Origin: Gemmatimonadota bacterium
GTDB lineage: Bacteria; Gemmatimonadota; Gemmatimonadetes; JACCXV01; JAHWKZ01
Direction: 5' to 3'
Assembly: GCA_039588915.1 (NCBI GenBank)
Contig: JBDGYV010000009.1
Span: forward strand, 517 to 64,516
Length of the DNA stretch: 64,000 bases
Positions 52,331 to 63,449 of this stretch are shown here, in pieces. The notes under the pieces are model-generated. The model was not told the origin of the DNA and did no database searches. It saw nothing but the letters and a program-made list of their open reading frames with translations. The position numbers and the translations under genes were made by a program. Positions within the stretch are counted from its first letter, which is position 1. Each line of letters starts with the position of its first letter.

Positions 52331-53068
52331 ATGTCGAAGCGCCTGAAAGGTGTGCTCCACTACGACGGTACCAGCTATCGCGGCTGGCAGAGGCAGGCCG
52401 ACGCGGAGACGGTGCAGGGAGTCTGCGAGCGCTCGCTCGAAAAGATCTTCGGAGAACCCGTATCGTTGGTCGCCTCGGGTCGCACCGATACCGGCGTTCA
52501 CGCCCGTGGCCAAGTGGTTCACTTCGAACACGAGACAACGATCGAGAATCGCGAGTTGATGCGCGCCTGGAACACACAGCTACCTGACGATGTATGGGTT
52601 GAGCGGTTGACGACCGCTTCGGCACGCTTCCATGCCCGGCACGATGCGGTGAGCCGTACGTATCGGTATTTCATCGCCGACGGGCGACTCGCACACTCAC
52701 CGTTTGTGTGCCGTTACACGTGGCCGCTTGATCGCCGCCTCGATTGGGACGCGGTCCACGAGGCGACATCCTCGATTAGCGGGGCGCATGACTTTCGGCA
52801 CTTCGCCAAGGGAATATCAGAGGGCCCGTGTTCTGTGTACTCCGCTGAATGGCACCGTACCCGGAACGGGCACGCGTTGGAAATCACCGCTAATCGCTTC
52901 TTACGTCACATGGTGCGCGCCCTCGTTGGGGCGCTCGTTTCCATAGGGCGCGGACAGGTCCACCCATCGTCGTTGCCCCGAGCGCTTCAACCGCGTGGCG
53001 AGCCCGTTTCGGCGGCCCACGCACCCCCACAAGGACTCTTCCTTTGGAAGGTTCAGTATGCGCGCTGA
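52331..53068 (+). CDS. truA: tRNA pseudouridine(38-40) synthase
   Basis: MSKRLKGVLHYDGTSYRGWQRQ..., ASGRTDTGVHARGQVVHF..., FLRHMVRALVGALV. Confidence 0.92.
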   Translation: MSKRLKGVLHYDGTSYRGWQRQADAETVQGVCERSLEKIFGEPVSLVASGRTDTGVHARGQVVHFEHETTIENRELMRAWNTQLPDDVWVERLTTASARFHARHDAVSRTYRYFIADGRLAHSPFVCRYTWPLDRRLDWDAVHEATSSISGAHDFRHFAKGISEGPCSVYSAEWHRTRNGHALEITANRFLRHMVRALVGALVSIGRGQVHPSSLPRALQPRGEPVSAAHAPPQGLFLWKVQYAR

Positions 53069-54497
53069 CCGCCTGATTGCCGGTTTAGGCCTCTTGGCGC
53101 TACTGGCCGGCGTATCATGGTGGCGGTCGGCAGACTCAATACCTGGTGACAACCCGTCGCCAGCCACCGCTCGCGCCCAGTCACCCGACCAGATCGACGA
53201 GTTGCGGCGCACCGCCATCGTCGTGGCCGCCGAGCGCGTGGGCCCCGCCGTCGTCTCGGTCAACGTCGTCGCGACCCAGGTCGTCCGTGAGCAAAGTCCG
53301 TTCGATGATCCTTTCTTCCGGGGCCTGTTCCCTCCGCGGGAGCGACTGCGGCAAGTCCAGAACCTGGGCTCCGGTTTTATTGTGTCCGAGGATGGCTACG
53401 TGATTACAAACCAGCACGTGGTGAGCGGAGCGACCGACATCGTGCTGACGTTGATGGATGGTCGTCAGCTCGCGGCTGAGCTGGTAGCCGGCGACGAGGT
53501 CACTGATCTCGCGTTCCTGCGAATTGAAGCTGAAGATCTACCGGTAGCAACACTGGGGGACTCGGACGATCTGCTGATCGGCGAGTGGGCGATCGCGATC
53601 GGCAATCCCTACGGTTATCTACTCGCCGACCGAAACCCCTCTGTAACAGTGGGTGTGATCTCCGCACTGGGTCGCGACGTGCAGCCCGAGAGCCGCAGTG
53701 CTGGGCGGCGACCCGAAGTCTGGTCAAACATGATTCAGACAGATGCCGCCATAAACCCTGGGAACTCCGGCGGTCCACTTGTCAACGCGCAAGGTGAAGT
53801 GATCGGCGTCAACGCCTTCATCTTCTCGGGCGGTGGTGGGGGCTCGATCGGTCTCGGGTTTGCAATTCCAATCAACCGCGCTCAGCGAGCGCTGGCCGAT
53901 GTCGTTCGGTTTGGATCGATCCGGCGTCCCTGGACGGGATTGCATCTGGCGGAGCTCGACAATGATGGCCAACCCCCCCGGGGAGTCGCGGTCGAACGGG
54001 TGGATCCGGGGAGCCCGGCTGACCAAGCCGACCTTCGGCCTGGGGACATCATCACCGAGACCAACGGTCAGGTGTTGCCGTCGCCGATCGAGTGGCAGGG
54101 TCGGCTTCTCGATTCGCCCTCCGGCCAACCGATCGCAATCACCGCGGAACGCGACGGCAACGTCTTCAATATCACGCTCGTTCCGCAGGAGGATCCCCTC
54201 GTACTTGCGGAACGGCTCGAAACTCCCTTTGGCGCCTCGGTCGTCATCGTCAATCAAACGCTGGCGTCTCATCTAGGCCTCACCAATGACTACGGGTTCT
54301 ATCTGGATCGGGTCGATGTGACTTCCGGTTTCCGGCGCTTGGGCCTTCGGTCCGGCGACATACTTCTGGCGATTGGGCAGCGCCGACTCGACGGCGCGGA
54401 GGACCTGAGTGAGTTTGTGGACGCCTTACAGTCAGGACGACCGCTCACCCTGTTCATCGAACGCAACGGTGTGGTCTCTAGGATTGCAACCCGCTGA
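53058..54497 (+). CDS. HtrA/DegP-family serine endoprotease with two PDZ domains
   Basis: Signal/TM helix (LIAGLGLLALLAGV); triad motifs VITNQHVV (His), DLAFLRI (Asp) and GNSGGPLVN (Ser); two PDZ-like regions. The start ATG at 53058 overlaps the truA end by 11 nt. Confidence 0.88.
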   Translation: MRADRLIAGLGLLALLAGVSWWRSADSIPGDNPSPATARAQSPDQIDELRRTAIVVAAERVGPAVVSVNVVATQVVREQSPFDDPFFRGLFPPRERLRQVQNLGSGFIVSEDGYVITNQHVVSGATDIVLTLMDGRQLAAELVAGDEVTDLAFLRIEAEDLPVATLGDSDDLLIGEWAIAIGNPYGYLLADRNPSVTVGVISALGRDVQPESRSAGRRPEVWSNMIQTDAAINPGNSGGPLVNAQGEVIGVNAFIFSGGGGGSIGLGFAIPINRAQRALADVVRFGSIRRPWTGLHLAELDNDGQPPRGVAVERVDPGSPADQADLRPGDIITETNGQVLPSPIEWQGRLLDSPSGQPIAITAERDGNVFNITLVPQEDPLVLAERLETPFGASVVIVNQTLASHLGLTNDYGFYLDRVDVTSGFRRLGLRSGDILLAIGQRRLDGAEDLSEFVDALQSGRPLTLFIERNGVVSRIATR

Positions 54498-54507
54498 GAG
54501 GACAACA

Positions 54508-55446
54508 GTGCGACCGACATTGACGACCGAAGTGACGTCCGTCACTCTTCCCGTTCCACATTTGTCTAGCGGCAAGGTGCGCGAGATGTTCGCGCTTGGC
54601 GATGAGCTGCTGATCGTAACCACCGATCGCCTGTCGGCCCACGACATCGTCTTTGAGCAAGGTGTTGTGGACAAGGGCGCGGTTCTCACACACCTGTCTG
54701 ACTACTGGTTCGATCGGCTTGAAGCAGCCAGCCCGCATCACCGGCTCACGACCGACATCGACGACATTATCGAGCACGCGCCGGAGCTGATCGACCATCG
54801 CCACACGCTCGCTGGGCGTTCTATGCTTTGCCGCCGAGCTGAACCATTGCCGGTCGAGTGCGTGGTACGTGGTTACCTCGACGGTTCCGCGTGGCGCGAG
54901 TACACCGAAACGGGAACGGTGACCGGCATCGAGGTGCCGCCTGAGCTTGAGCGCGGCGGCCTGCTCCCGAAGCCTATCTTTACGCCGGCCACCAAGGCCG
55001 AGACCGGTCACGACGTGAACATCTCTTATGATGAGCTCGCATCAACAGTAGGCGCCGACCTTGCCTCCCATCTTAGAGACCGGTCGTTGGCACTGTACAC
55101 CGAGGCACGCGCACACGCCCTTGAGCGAGGTCTGATCCTGGCGGACACGAAGTTCGAGTTCGGTTGGACCACGAGAGGCGAGCGGGAGCTCTTGCTGATC
55201 GACGAGGTCCTGACACCCGACTCGTCACGCTACTGGGATGCCACAGAATGGTCCCCAGGTGGCGCCCAAGCCTCGTTCGACAAGCAGCCGATACGGGACT
55301 TCCTCGACAGCGAACGTGCCGCCGGTCGCTGGAACGGAGAGCCACCACTGCCCCAACTTCCAGACTCAGCGGTTCGCGCCACGGCAGATCGATATCGCGA
55401 AGCCTACAGCCGTATCACCGGTCGAGAGTTGCCCAGGTACTCGTGA
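54508..55446 (+). CDS. purC: phosphoribosylaminoimidazole-succinocarboxamide synthase
   Basis: SSGKVREMF..., IVTTDRLSAHD..., VECVVRGYLDGSAW..., FTPATKAE... and ILADTKFEFG. GTG at 54508 is preceded by GAGAGGA. Confidence 0.92.
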   Translation: MRPTLTTEVTSVTLPVPHLSSGKVREMFALGDELLIVTTDRLSAHDIVFEQGVVDKGAVLTHLSDYWFDRLEAASPHHRLTTDIDDIIEHAPELIDHRHTLAGRSMLCRRAEPLPVECVVRGYLDGSAWREYTETGTVTGIEVPPELERGGLLPKPIFTPATKAETGHDVNISYDELASTVGADLASHLRDRSLALYTEARAHALERGLILADTKFEFGWTTRGERELLLIDEVLTPDSSRYWDATEWSPGGAQASFDKQPIRDFLDSERAAGRWNGEPPLPQLPDSAVRATADRYREAYSRITGRELPRYS

Positions 55447-55700
55447 AGGCTCATGTCGAGGTCCACATCCAGCTCAAGCCGGGCATGCTCGATCCCCAGG
55501 GTGAGACTCTCGAGCACGCGCTAACCGCCATTGGATACGAAGGCGTCCGCAGTATGCGCGTCGGCAAGTGGATCACGTTCGAAATTGAGGGGGACGAGCC
55601 CGACGCAGTCGAATCACAAGTCGAGGAGATGTGCGATCGACTGCTCGCCAATCCGATCATCGAGCGCTACGAGTATCATGTGACGCGAGAAGAACGCTAA
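55443..55700 (+). CDS. purS: phosphoribosylformylglycinamidine synthase subunit PurS
   Basis: 85 aa: VKAHVEVHIQLKPGMLDPQGETLEHALTAIGYEGVRSMRVGKWITFEIEG...ANPIIERYEY. GTGA overlap with the purC stop. Confidence 0.88.
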   Translation: MKAHVEVHIQLKPGMLDPQGETLEHALTAIGYEGVRSMRVGKWITFEIEGDEPDAVESQVEEMCDRLLANPIIERYEYHVTREER

Positions 55701-56398
55701 TGACCCAAGTCCCCATCGGGATCGTTCGCTTCCCCGGCACAAATTGTGATCAGGACGTGTTTGACGCGGTGGCCTCTGTCGAGCGCGCGTGTCCGGTGTG
55801 GTTGTGGCACAAAGAGACTGATCTGCAAGGCGTAAAAGGCGTCGTTTTGGCGGGCGGGTTCTCGTACGGTGATTACCTACGAGCCGGCGCGATCGCGCGG
55901 TTCAGTCCGATCATGGAAGAGGTGGCTCGCTTTGCCACCGATGGTGGGCCCGTGCTCGGGATCTGCAACGGCTTCCAGATCTTGACCGAGGCAGGGCTGC
56001 TACCCGGCGCTCTCATGCGCAACGATCGGCTGACGTTTGTCTGTCGACCACAATCCCTCATGGTCGAAACCGCTGACACGCTGTTTACTTGGCAATACGA
56101 GCGTGGGCAGGTCGTTTCGTTCCCGGTCGCGCACGCCGAAGGCAACTTCGTTGCTGACCCCGACGTGATCGACCGTCTCAAGGACGAACGTAGGGTCGTG
56201 TTCCGCTATGTCGACGATCGGGGTGACAAGCGTCTGAATGCGAACCCCAACGGTTCTATCAACGATATCGCTGGCGTGATCAACGAGCGCGGCAACGTGT
56301 TGGGGCTCATGCCGCATCCCGATCGCGCGATGGACCGGATGCTGGGTTCGGCTGATGGACGAGGCATCTTCCAGGGGTTAGTGGAGGCGGCCGCATGA
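55700..56398 (+). CDS. purQ: phosphoribosylformylglycinamidine synthase subunit PurQ (glutaminase)
   Basis: [14 protein letters not shown]..., [13 protein letters not shown]..., GICNGFQIL... and MPHPDRA. Confidence 0.92.
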   Translation: MTQVPIGIVRFPGTNCDQDVFDAVASVERACPVWLWHKETDLQGVKGVVLAGGFSYGDYLRAGAIARFSPIMEEVARFATDGGPVLGICNGFQILTEAGLLPGALMRNDRLTFVCRPQSLMVETADTLFTWQYERGQVVSFPVAHAEGNFVADPDVIDRLKDERRVVFRYVDDRGDKRLNANPNGSINDIAGVINERGNVLGLMPHPDRAMDRMLGSADGRGIFQGLVEAAA

Positions 56399-58641
56399 CG
56401 GTCACGCTTCACGATCCGGCGGTCAACCCCGAGATCGTTGCTGCCCACGGATTGACAGCCGACGAGTACGAGCAGATTTGCGCGCTTCTAGGCCGCGACC
56501 CCAACCTGACAGAGCTGGGTGTGTTCAGCCTCATGTGGAGCGAGCACTGCGGCTACAAACACTCGCGTGCCCGGTTGGCGGATTTGCCATCCACCGGTCC
56601 GCAAGTCATTCAGGGGCCAGGCGAGAACGCCGGTGCGATCGACATCGGTGAGGGGTTGGCGATCGTCTTCAAAACGGAATCGCACAACCACCCATCGGCC
56701 GTCGAACCCTACCAAGGTGCAGCCACGGGTGTGGGTGGCATTCTGCGCGACGTATTCACCATGGGGGCAAGGCCGATCGCGCTGCTCAACAGCCTGCGTT
56801 TCGGCGAACTGGACGATCCTCACGTTCGGTATCTTTTTCGACGCGTCGTGGCCGGAATCGGCGATTACGGTAACTGCGTCGGGATCCCCACCGTTGGGGG
56901 CGAGGTAGTGTTCGACGACGCCTACCGCGGCAATCCGCTCGTGAATGCGATGTGCGTGGGTATTCTCGCGCAGAACGACCTCACTCGTGGAGTCGCTAGC
57001 GGTCCCGGCAACGCGGTCTACGTCTTGGGTGCATCAACCGGTCGTGATGGAATCCACGGCGCGAGTCTGCTGGCGTCTGCCGAGCTCGCTGACGACACGG
57101 CCGAGAGTCGGCCAACGGTCCAGGTTGGCGACCCGTTCAGCGAGAAGCTGCTGCTCGAAGCGACCCTCGAGCTGATCGAGTCGGGGGCCGCGATCGGGAT
57201 TCAGGATATGGGCGCCGCAGGTCTCACGTCGTCGAGCAGTGAGATGGCCACCCGTGCCGGCACCGGCATCGAGTTCGATGTCTCGCGCGTGCCGCGCCGT
57301 GAGCCCGACATGTCTCCGTACGAAGTGCTGCTCTCCGAGTCGCAGGAGCGGATGTTGGTCGTCGCCGATCCCCATCGAGAGCCTCAGCTCATGGCGATCG
57401 CGGACAAGTGGGACCTCGCGTGCACCCGGATCGGATCGGTTACCGGTGATGGTGTCTGGCGGGTCTTCGAGGATCGCGAGGAAGTGTGCGCGATTCCGGT
57501 CGAAGCGCTGACAGATGCGGTGCCCACGTACGTGCGCGAGGTCGAGCCACCGGTCTACCTGGCCTCGCTGCACGCCTGGTCGCCCAACCTGGGTTGGCTG
57601 GACGGCGTCGAGCCGTTGGCCGCGCTGGCGACGCTGATCTCGGCCCCGAGCCTAGCCAGCAAGCGATGGGTGTTCGAGCAGTACGACCACCACGTCAGGA
57701 CGGCGACCGTGATCGGCCCGGGCGCGGATGCGGCTGTCCTGGCGATCAAGGGCACACAACGCGGCTTGGCGCTCACCATAGATGGCAATGGACGCTACGT
57801 GTACTGCGACCCGTATCGCGGTGGCGCACTGGCGGTAGCCGAAGCAGCTCGCAACCTGGTGGCGGTCGGCGCGACCCCGCTCGCAATCACCGACTGCTTG
57901 AACTTCGGGAACCCCGAGAAGGACGACATATACTATCAGTTCGTCGAGGCGTTGCGCGGTATCGCCGATGCGTGCCGAGCTCTTGATACACCGGTCGTGA
58001 GCGGCAACGTATCCTTCTATAACCAGTCGAGCGCCGGCGCCGTCTACCCGACGCCGACGATCGGGATGGTCGGGCTGATCCAAGACATCGAGAAGCGCAT
58101 CCATCCAGGGCGAGCCTCGGTCGGGGACCGGTTGCTGCTCGTCGGCGGTGACGGCGCGCACCTGGGCGCCTCATCGTTTCTGAAGGAAGTATTGGGTGAG
58201 GTCGCGGGCCGACCACCGACCGTCGATCTGAATGCCGAGCGGATGAGCGGCAAAGCGATCCTAGCGCTGAATGAGGCCGGCTTGATCGGCACCTGCCGCG
58301 ACGTCGGCGATGGCGGACTCGCGGTTGCCGCAGCTGAGCTAATGTTCGGTCTCGAACCGGGTCTCGGCGTCGAGCTGGGCATCCCGGATCGCGCTGACCC
58401 GCACGCTTTGCTTTTTGGTGAGGACGGCGCGCGTTATCTCATCACCGTGGCAGAGGACGACGAGTCCCGTGCGACCGAGCTGCTAGCGAAGCAGGAGGTG
58501 GTGACCCGCACTTGCGGACGGGTGACCGGCGACGCTGCGTACCACGTCGTCGACGTTGGGAGCGCCGATCGCTCGGTTTTGCAAGCCAGCTCGGAAACCA
58601 GCATCCCGAACGCGATGCGGCAAACGGAATCGAACCGATGA
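56395..58641 (+). CDS. purL: phosphoribosylformylglycinamidine synthase subunit PurL
   Basis: 748 aa; [11 protein letters not shown]..., [25 protein letters not shown]..., and the full FGAM synthase II layout. Confidence 0.95.
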   Translation: MTVTLHDPAVNPEIVAAHGLTADEYEQICALLGRDPNLTELGVFSLMWSEHCGYKHSRARLADLPSTGPQVIQGPGENAGAIDIGEGLAIVFKTESHNHPSAVEPYQGAATGVGGILRDVFTMGARPIALLNSLRFGELDDPHVRYLFRRVVAGIGDYGNCVGIPTVGGEVVFDDAYRGNPLVNAMCVGILAQNDLTRGVASGPGNAVYVLGASTGRDGIHGASLLASAELADDTAESRPTVQVGDPFSEKLLLEATLELIESGAAIGIQDMGAAGLTSSSSEMATRAGTGIEFDVSRVPRREPDMSPYEVLLSESQERMLVVADPHREPQLMAIADKWDLACTRIGSVTGDGVWRVFEDREEVCAIPVEALTDAVPTYVREVEPPVYLASLHAWSPNLGWLDGVEPLAALATLISAPSLASKRWVFEQYDHHVRTATVIGPGADAAVLAIKGTQRGLALTIDGNGRYVYCDPYRGGALAVAEAARNLVAVGATPLAITDCLNFGNPEKDDIYYQFVEALRGIADACRALDTPVVSGNVSFYNQSSAGAVYPTPTIGMVGLIQDIEKRIHPGRASVGDRLLLVGGDGAHLGASSFLKEVLGEVAGRPPTVDLNAERMSGKAILALNEAGLIGTCRDVGDGGLAVAAAELMFGLEPGLGVELGIPDRADPHALLFGEDGARYLITVAEDDESRATELLAKQEVVTRTCGRVTGDAAYHVVDVGSADRSVLQASSETSIPNAMRQTESNR

Positions 58642-60065
58642 GCGGTCCACGCGAAGAGTGCGGAATCGTCGGGGTCATGAGTCACCGGCGCGCCGCGGAG
58701 TGGGTCTACCTCGGGCTGTACGCGCTTCAACACCGCGGGCAGGAGTCGGCCGGCATCGTCGCTGCAGACGGTGACAACGCGTTGGCGCGCAGGGGGATGG
58801 GGCTTGTAGCTGAAGTTTTCGATGAGAGCGCGCTTGCGCGTCTCGAGGGGACCTGTGCGATCGGTCACAACCGCTACTCGACCACCGGGTCACCAACGCT
58901 CGCCAATGCGCAGCCGATTCTTGTCAACTACCGGGATGGGTTCCTGGCCGTCGCCCACAACGGCAACCTCGTTAACGCTCGCACGCTGCGCAGCCGGCTC
59001 GAGGGTGCGGGGTCGATCTTCCAATCGACGATGGACACGGAGGTCCTGGTGCACCTGATCGCCGCATCCCGTCAGCCATCACGCGACCTCGCTGTGCTTG
59101 AGGGACTCCGTCAGCTGGAGGGCGCGTACTCGTTCTTGATCCTCACGCCCGACGCGCTGTATGCGGCCCGCGATCCCTACGGCTTCCGGCCGCTTGCCAT
59201 CGGGCATCGTGGAGAGACGGTGGTGGTCGCATCCGAAACGTGCGCACTCGATCTCGTAGGTGCTCAGTTCGAGCGTGAGATCTCGCCGGGCGAGATCGTC
59301 AAGGTGACCCCGAACGGGGATGTCACAACGTTGCGACACGAACCCGCCGATGTCGAGTGCATGTGCGTCTTCGAGCAGATCTACTTTGCGCGTCCCGACT
59401 CCGTCCTGTTTGGCATGAGCGCGGCTGACGCACGACGCAGCATGGGCCGCGAGCTGGCGCGTGAGCACCCCGCGAGCGGTGACTGTGTATTCTCAGTGCC
59501 AGATTCCAGCAACGCGGCTGCCGCCGGCTTCGCCGAACAGAGCGGCCTGCCGCTGGAGCACGGACTGATCCGGAACCACTACATCGGTCGAACGTTTATT
59601 CAGCCTGCTCAGGACGTCCGCGACTTCGGCGTCAAGATCAAGTACAACCCGGTTACAAGCGTCATCAAGGGGCAGCGAGTCGTGATCGTGGACGACTCGA
59701 TCGTGCGCGGGACGACATCGGGCGCGTTGGTACGGCTGGTGCGCGAGGCTGGCGCGCAGGCGGTTCATCTGAGGATCGCCTCCCCACCCCTCCGACACCC
59801 GTGCTACTACGGGATCGATATCCCCAAACGATCGGAGTTGGTCGCCGCGCAGATGTCAATCGACGAGATCGCCGAACGGGTCGGAGCCGACTCGCTGGCG
59901 TATCTCTCGTTTGACGGGCTCTACCGAGCGGTGGGGGCCCGCGAGCGCCATTGTGATGCTTGCTTTAGCGGGAACTATCGGGTATCGGTTGAGCCCGGGA
60001 TCGACGAGAAAGCCGCCTTTGAGCAAACACTCACGACCGGGGCTACTTCCCCGCTCGGGCGATAA
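58638..60065 (+). CDS. purF: amidophosphoribosyltransferase
   Basis: [13 protein letters not shown] (N-terminal Cys nucleophile), [11 protein letters not shown]..., GHNRYSTTG..., [13 protein letters not shown]... ATGA overlap with purL. Confidence 0.95.
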   Translation: MSGPREECGIVGVMSHRRAAEWVYLGLYALQHRGQESAGIVAADGDNALARRGMGLVAEVFDESALARLEGTCAIGHNRYSTTGSPTLANAQPILVNYRDGFLAVAHNGNLVNARTLRSRLEGAGSIFQSTMDTEVLVHLIAASRQPSRDLAVLEGLRQLEGAYSFLILTPDALYAARDPYGFRPLAIGHRGETVVVASETCALDLVGAQFEREISPGEIVKVTPNGDVTTLRHEPADVECMCVFEQIYFARPDSVLFGMSAADARRSMGRELAREHPASGDCVFSVPDSSNAAAAGFAEQSGLPLEHGLIRNHYIGRTFIQPAQDVRDFGVKIKYNPVTSVIKGQRVVIVDDSIVRGTTSGALVRLVREAGAQAVHLRIASPPLRHPCYYGIDIPKRSELVAAQMSIDEIAERVGADSLAYLSFDGLYRAVGARERHCDACFSGNYRVSVEPGIDEKAAFEQTLTTGATSPLGR

Positions 60066-60080
60066 ACAACGGGAGGCACC

Positions 60081-60536
60081 GTGCCGGTACGACATCGTCG
60101 CTATGGGGGGACTCCCCAGACCGCGCTCGCAGACTACATCGAGCAAAACTCTCGTCGCTGGGTCGAGGCGTGGCTCGAAACGGTCAAGCGCGACGGCGGT
60201 ACACCGCGCTACCATGACATCGAGGACGCCGCGGAGTTTATTCGCGACACCGAGGCGCTCTACAACTACCTGGCGTTATGGCTCCGCACAGCCAGGTGGG
60301 ACCCGCGGATCGACCCTCATTACGAACGGATCGGTCGTACCCGGCGCGAGGCCGGGTTCCCGCTGAGCGAAGTCGTCCGCGCTATTCTGCTCGCGAAGCG
60401 GCACCTATGGGATGGAATCGTCGCCGACTGCCAGCTGTCGACCGCGTTGGAGCTACAGGCGTCGAAGGCGAATGGGATGTTCTACGACCGAGCGATCTAC
60501 TACACCATCGTCGGTTACGAGGAGGACGAGCGCTAG
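60081..60536 (+). CDS. hypothetical protein (151 aa), helical; faint resemblance to RsbRD-N / sensor N-terminal domains
   Basis: Clean ORF directly after purF with coding-like composition. I recognise no confident motif. Confidence 0.5.
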   Translation: MPVRHRRYGGTPQTALADYIEQNSRRWVEAWLETVKRDGGTPRYHDIEDAAEFIRDTEALYNYLALWLRTARWDPRIDPHYERIGRTRREAGFPLSEVVRAILLAKRHLWDGIVADCQLSTALELQASKANGMFYDRAIYYTIVGYEEDER

Positions 60537-60709
60537 CGTTCTGCCGGGGGTGACTCCGGTTCTACAATCTCGACGCCGTTCTCGATCGTCTGTGGTTTGT
60601 TGTCGCCCCCCCGCAATAGATGGTCCACGTACAACACGGTCGCTAGTGCGATGACCAGCGCCACCAACGCCAGCGCCCAGCGGCTCGGACGGTCACCCAA
60701 CGCTCTCAC
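60533..60709 (-). CDS. possible small membrane-anchored protein (58 aa from GTG 60709)
   Basis: RPSRWALALVALVIALATVLYV looks like a TM helix followed by a short polar tail. The track ORF runs to 60802 and overlaps the upstream gene. Existence is uncertain. Confidence 0.3.
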   Translation of the reverse strand: MRALGDRPSRWALALVALVIALATVLYVDHLLRGGDNKPQTIENGVEIVEPESPPAER

Positions 60710-61106
60710 CGTCGTTCTCGCCTCGCGCTGAACGGTGCATCGCTTGTCGCACCGCGATCGCCAGCTCCGCCACCGCCGGCATCGGGCGCTGATATCCGAC
60801 AACCCGATACGCCCAATTTGGCTCAGTCGTCAAGATCTGCACTCCGAACATCGTTCGCTGGACATTCAACACGCGACCCCATGGGATACGGCGGTAGCGC
60901 CAGAGATACTTGACCCCGAGAGCCTTGGAGCCGATCCGAATCGCCGGAGCCACGTAGGCGCCCAACCCGAGACTGAAAAGCGACCACAGCAGAATGAACC
61001 AGCGGTGGACAAAGACATCGATCGAGAAGAGGTACAAGAACAACGCGGCGCTCGCAAAGAACCAGCCCTTCAGCAGCCATCGGACGAGCGGGTAGGCGAA
61101 CTCCAT
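60693..61106 (-). CDS. hypothetical membrane protein (two TM helices plus a small PH-like C-terminal region), 137 aa
   Basis: WFFASAALFLYLFSIDVFV and WFILLWSLFSLGLGAYVAPAI look like TM helices, followed by YLWRYRRIPWGRVLNVQRTMFGVQILT. It starts 3 nt after the rnr stop. Confidence 0.55.
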   Translation of the reverse strand: MEFAYPLVRWLLKGWFFASAALFLYLFSIDVFVHRWFILLWSLFSLGLGAYVAPAIRIGSKALGVKYLWRYRRIPWGRVLNVQRTMFGVQILTTEPNWAYRVVGYQRPMPAVAELAIAVRQAMHRSARGENDGESVG

Positions 61107-61108
61107 GA

Positions 61109-63244
61109 CTATGTCTCCGGCTCAATCAGCGCGAAGTCGATCTGTCGTGCGTCCTTGTTGACCGCGGCGACGGACACTCGGATCGGGTCCGCTAGCCGAA
61201 ACCGACGACCGGTGTTGCGGCCAAGCAAGGCGTAGTGGTCTTCGTGAAACTCGTAGTAGTCGTCATTTAGCCCGCTGACGTGCACCAGGCCGTCCACGAA
61301 GTAGTCGTCGAGCCGGACAAAAAAACCAAACGAGCGCACGCGGCTGATACAACCGGAAAACTCGTCGCCAATGTGGCGCTCCATGAACTCGACTTTCTTC
61401 AGATCGATCGAGTCACGCTCAGCGTCATCGGCAATGCGCTCTCTAAGAGACGCGTGCTCTGCGGTCCGCTCGAGTCGGGCGACCAGCCGTTCCCGGCGCT
61501 CGGGATCTTTCCAACGCTCGCCCCCGCTGTGCCTCTTGAGCACCCGATGCGCGACCAGATCGGGGTAGCGCCGAATCGGTGACGTGAAATGTCCGTAGTG
61601 CTCAGCTGCCAGACCGAAATGACCGTTGTTCTCGACCTCGTAGCTGGCTCGCATCATGGACGTGAGAACGACGCTGTTCATGAGCTCCTCTTCGGGTTTG
61701 CCCCTGACATCGTTCAACAACTTGGCGAGGTGCTGGGGCTTCACCTCGTTTCCACGACCTGAGAGTGAGCAGCCGCAAACGGCCGCAAAACGACGAACGC
61801 GGTCAAGTTTTTCCGGCGATGGTCGCTCGTGAACGCGGTAGATGAACGGGATTTTTTGCTCGCTGGCGTGCCGGGCCACGATCTCGTTGGCCAACAGCAT
61901 GAACTCCTCGATCAACCGCATGCTATCCAGTCGGACCTTCTCTTTGATGTCTATCGGAAACCCATCCTCATCCAGCTCGACGCCGGCCTCCGGTAGATCA
62001 AAGTCGAGGCTACCCCGCTCAGCGCGGCGGTTGCGTAGCACCTTCGCGAGCCGTCTCAACGTCTGGAGCTCCCACAGAATCTCCTTGTGCTCCTCGACCT
62101 CGGGCTCGCTCTGAATCATCGCTTGAGCCTCCATATAGGTCAGCCGGAATCGACTCCGGATCACCGTTTCCGTGATTTGGTAATCCTGGATGTTGGCATC
62201 GCCATCGATGGTCGCGATCACCGAGTACGTGAGGCGATCCTTGTTTGGCACTAGCGAGCACAAGTCATTGGAGAGGCGCTCGGGGAGCATGGGGATGACG
62301 CGGTCCACCAAGTAGATCGACGTCGCGCGCTCGTAGGCCTCCTCGTCGATGTCGCTGTCCATTGCCACGTAGTGGCTCACATCCGCGATGTGGATCCCCA
62401 CTTCATACAGATCGTCATCGAGACGCCGAATCGATAGCGCATCATCGAAATCCTTGGCATCCGCCGGGTCGATCGTGAACGCGGCTCTATCCCGCAGGTC
62501 GAGCCGCCGGCCGGCTTCGAGCTCGAGGTTCACGGTGATTTCCGTGGCGGCAGACTCAACATCCGCGGGAAAGTCGGTGTCGAGTCCGTGCCCCATAATG
62601 ATCGACAGGATATCGACCCCGGGGGTGTCGGCATCGCCCAGCACCTCGGTGATCCGGCCCTCGGGGCTCTTTTTTCCGTCGCCCCAATCGTCGATCGTAG
62701 CGACGACCTTTTGGCCCTCTTCGGCGTCTTGCAGGTGCTCCCCGGCCACGAATACGTCGAACCGAAGGCGTGGGTTGTCGGGGCGAACAAAACCGAAGTG
62801 CTTTCCGTGCTGAAGCGTCCCAACGACCTGAGTCCTCGCGCGCTCCAGAACACGAATCACCTGACCCTCGGGATTGCCTTCCCGTCGGCGGTGCTCGGTT
62901 CGGGCAACGACGCGATCCCCGTGTCGCGCCCCCGCCAACCGGTGGGACGGCACGAAGACATCGGCGCCGGGAAGGCGCCGCTCCGGGACCACGAACCCAG
63001 CTCCCCCGCGAGTACCATCGAGACGACCGACCACCAGGTTGATCTGTTCGGGTAACGCGTACCGCTGGCCTTTGATCCGATAGATCGAACCTTCGTCGGT
63101 CAACCGAACGAGCTCAGTCTTGAGCCCTTGATACCCCTCATCCCCCACCCCGAGTCCACGGGCGATCTCCTTTAGCTTGAGCGGTCGCTTCGCATGCTCG
63201 CCTAGGTGCTGGATGATTCGGCGTTCGAGGGCGTCAACGCTCAA
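61109..63244 (-). CDS. rnr: ribonuclease R
   Basis: 711 aa; cold-shock/OB N-terminus, RNB domain ([16 protein letters not shown]..., [21 protein letters not shown]..., [26 protein letters not shown]) and a C-terminal S1 domain. Confidence 0.93.
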   Translation of the reverse strand: MSVDALERRIIQHLGEHAKRPLKLKEIARGLGVGDEGYQGLKTELVRLTDEGSIYRIKGQRYALPEQINLVVGRLDGTRGGAGFVVPERRLPGADVFVPSHRLAGARHGDRVVARTEHRRREGNPEGQVIRVLERARTQVVGTLQHGKHFGFVRPDNPRLRFDVFVAGEHLQDAEEGQKVVATIDDWGDGKKSPEGRITEVLGDADTPGVDILSIIMGHGLDTDFPADVESAATEITVNLELEAGRRLDLRDRAAFTIDPADAKDFDDALSIRRLDDDLYEVGIHIADVSHYVAMDSDIDEEAYERATSIYLVDRVIPMLPERLSNDLCSLVPNKDRLTYSVIATIDGDANIQDYQITETVIRSRFRLTYMEAQAMIQSEPEVEEHKEILWELQTLRRLAKVLRNRRAERGSLDFDLPEAGVELDEDGFPIDIKEKVRLDSMRLIEEFMLLANEIVARHASEQKIPFIYRVHERPSPEKLDRVRRFAAVCGCSLSGRGNEVKPQHLAKLLNDVRGKPEEELMNSVVLTSMMRASYEVENNGHFGLAAEHYGHFTSPIRRYPDLVAHRVLKRHSGGERWKDPERRERLVARLERTAEHASLRERIADDAERDSIDLKKVEFMERHIGDEFSGCISRVRSFGFFVRLDDYFVDGLVHVSGLNDDYYEFHEDHYALLGRNTGRRFRLADPIRVSVAAVNKDARQIDFALIEPET

Positions 63245-63408
63245 AACGACTCTGCCTCGTCAATCAACATGATCGGGATGTCGTCTTTGATCGGATAGCG
63301 CAGCTTGCAGGCCGCGCACTCGAGAACCTGTTCGTTTTCCTTGTACTCCAGGTCGCCCTTGCATTTTGGGCAGGCCAGGATCTCCAGCAACTCCTTGTCC
63401 AGCGCCAT
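63241..63408 (-). CDS. Trm112-family (UPF0434/YcaR) zinc-ribbon protein, 55 aa
   Basis: [59 protein letters not shown] lies 6 nt upstream of ATG at 63408. The track ORF to 63933 is an artefactual extension. Confidence 0.85.
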   Translation of the reverse strand: MALDKELLEILACPKCKGDLEYKENEQVLECAACKLRYPIKDDIPIMLIDEAESF

Positions 63409-63449
63409 TGAAGGCTCCTTTCTGTGCAATCGTTCGATGAGTCGATCGG

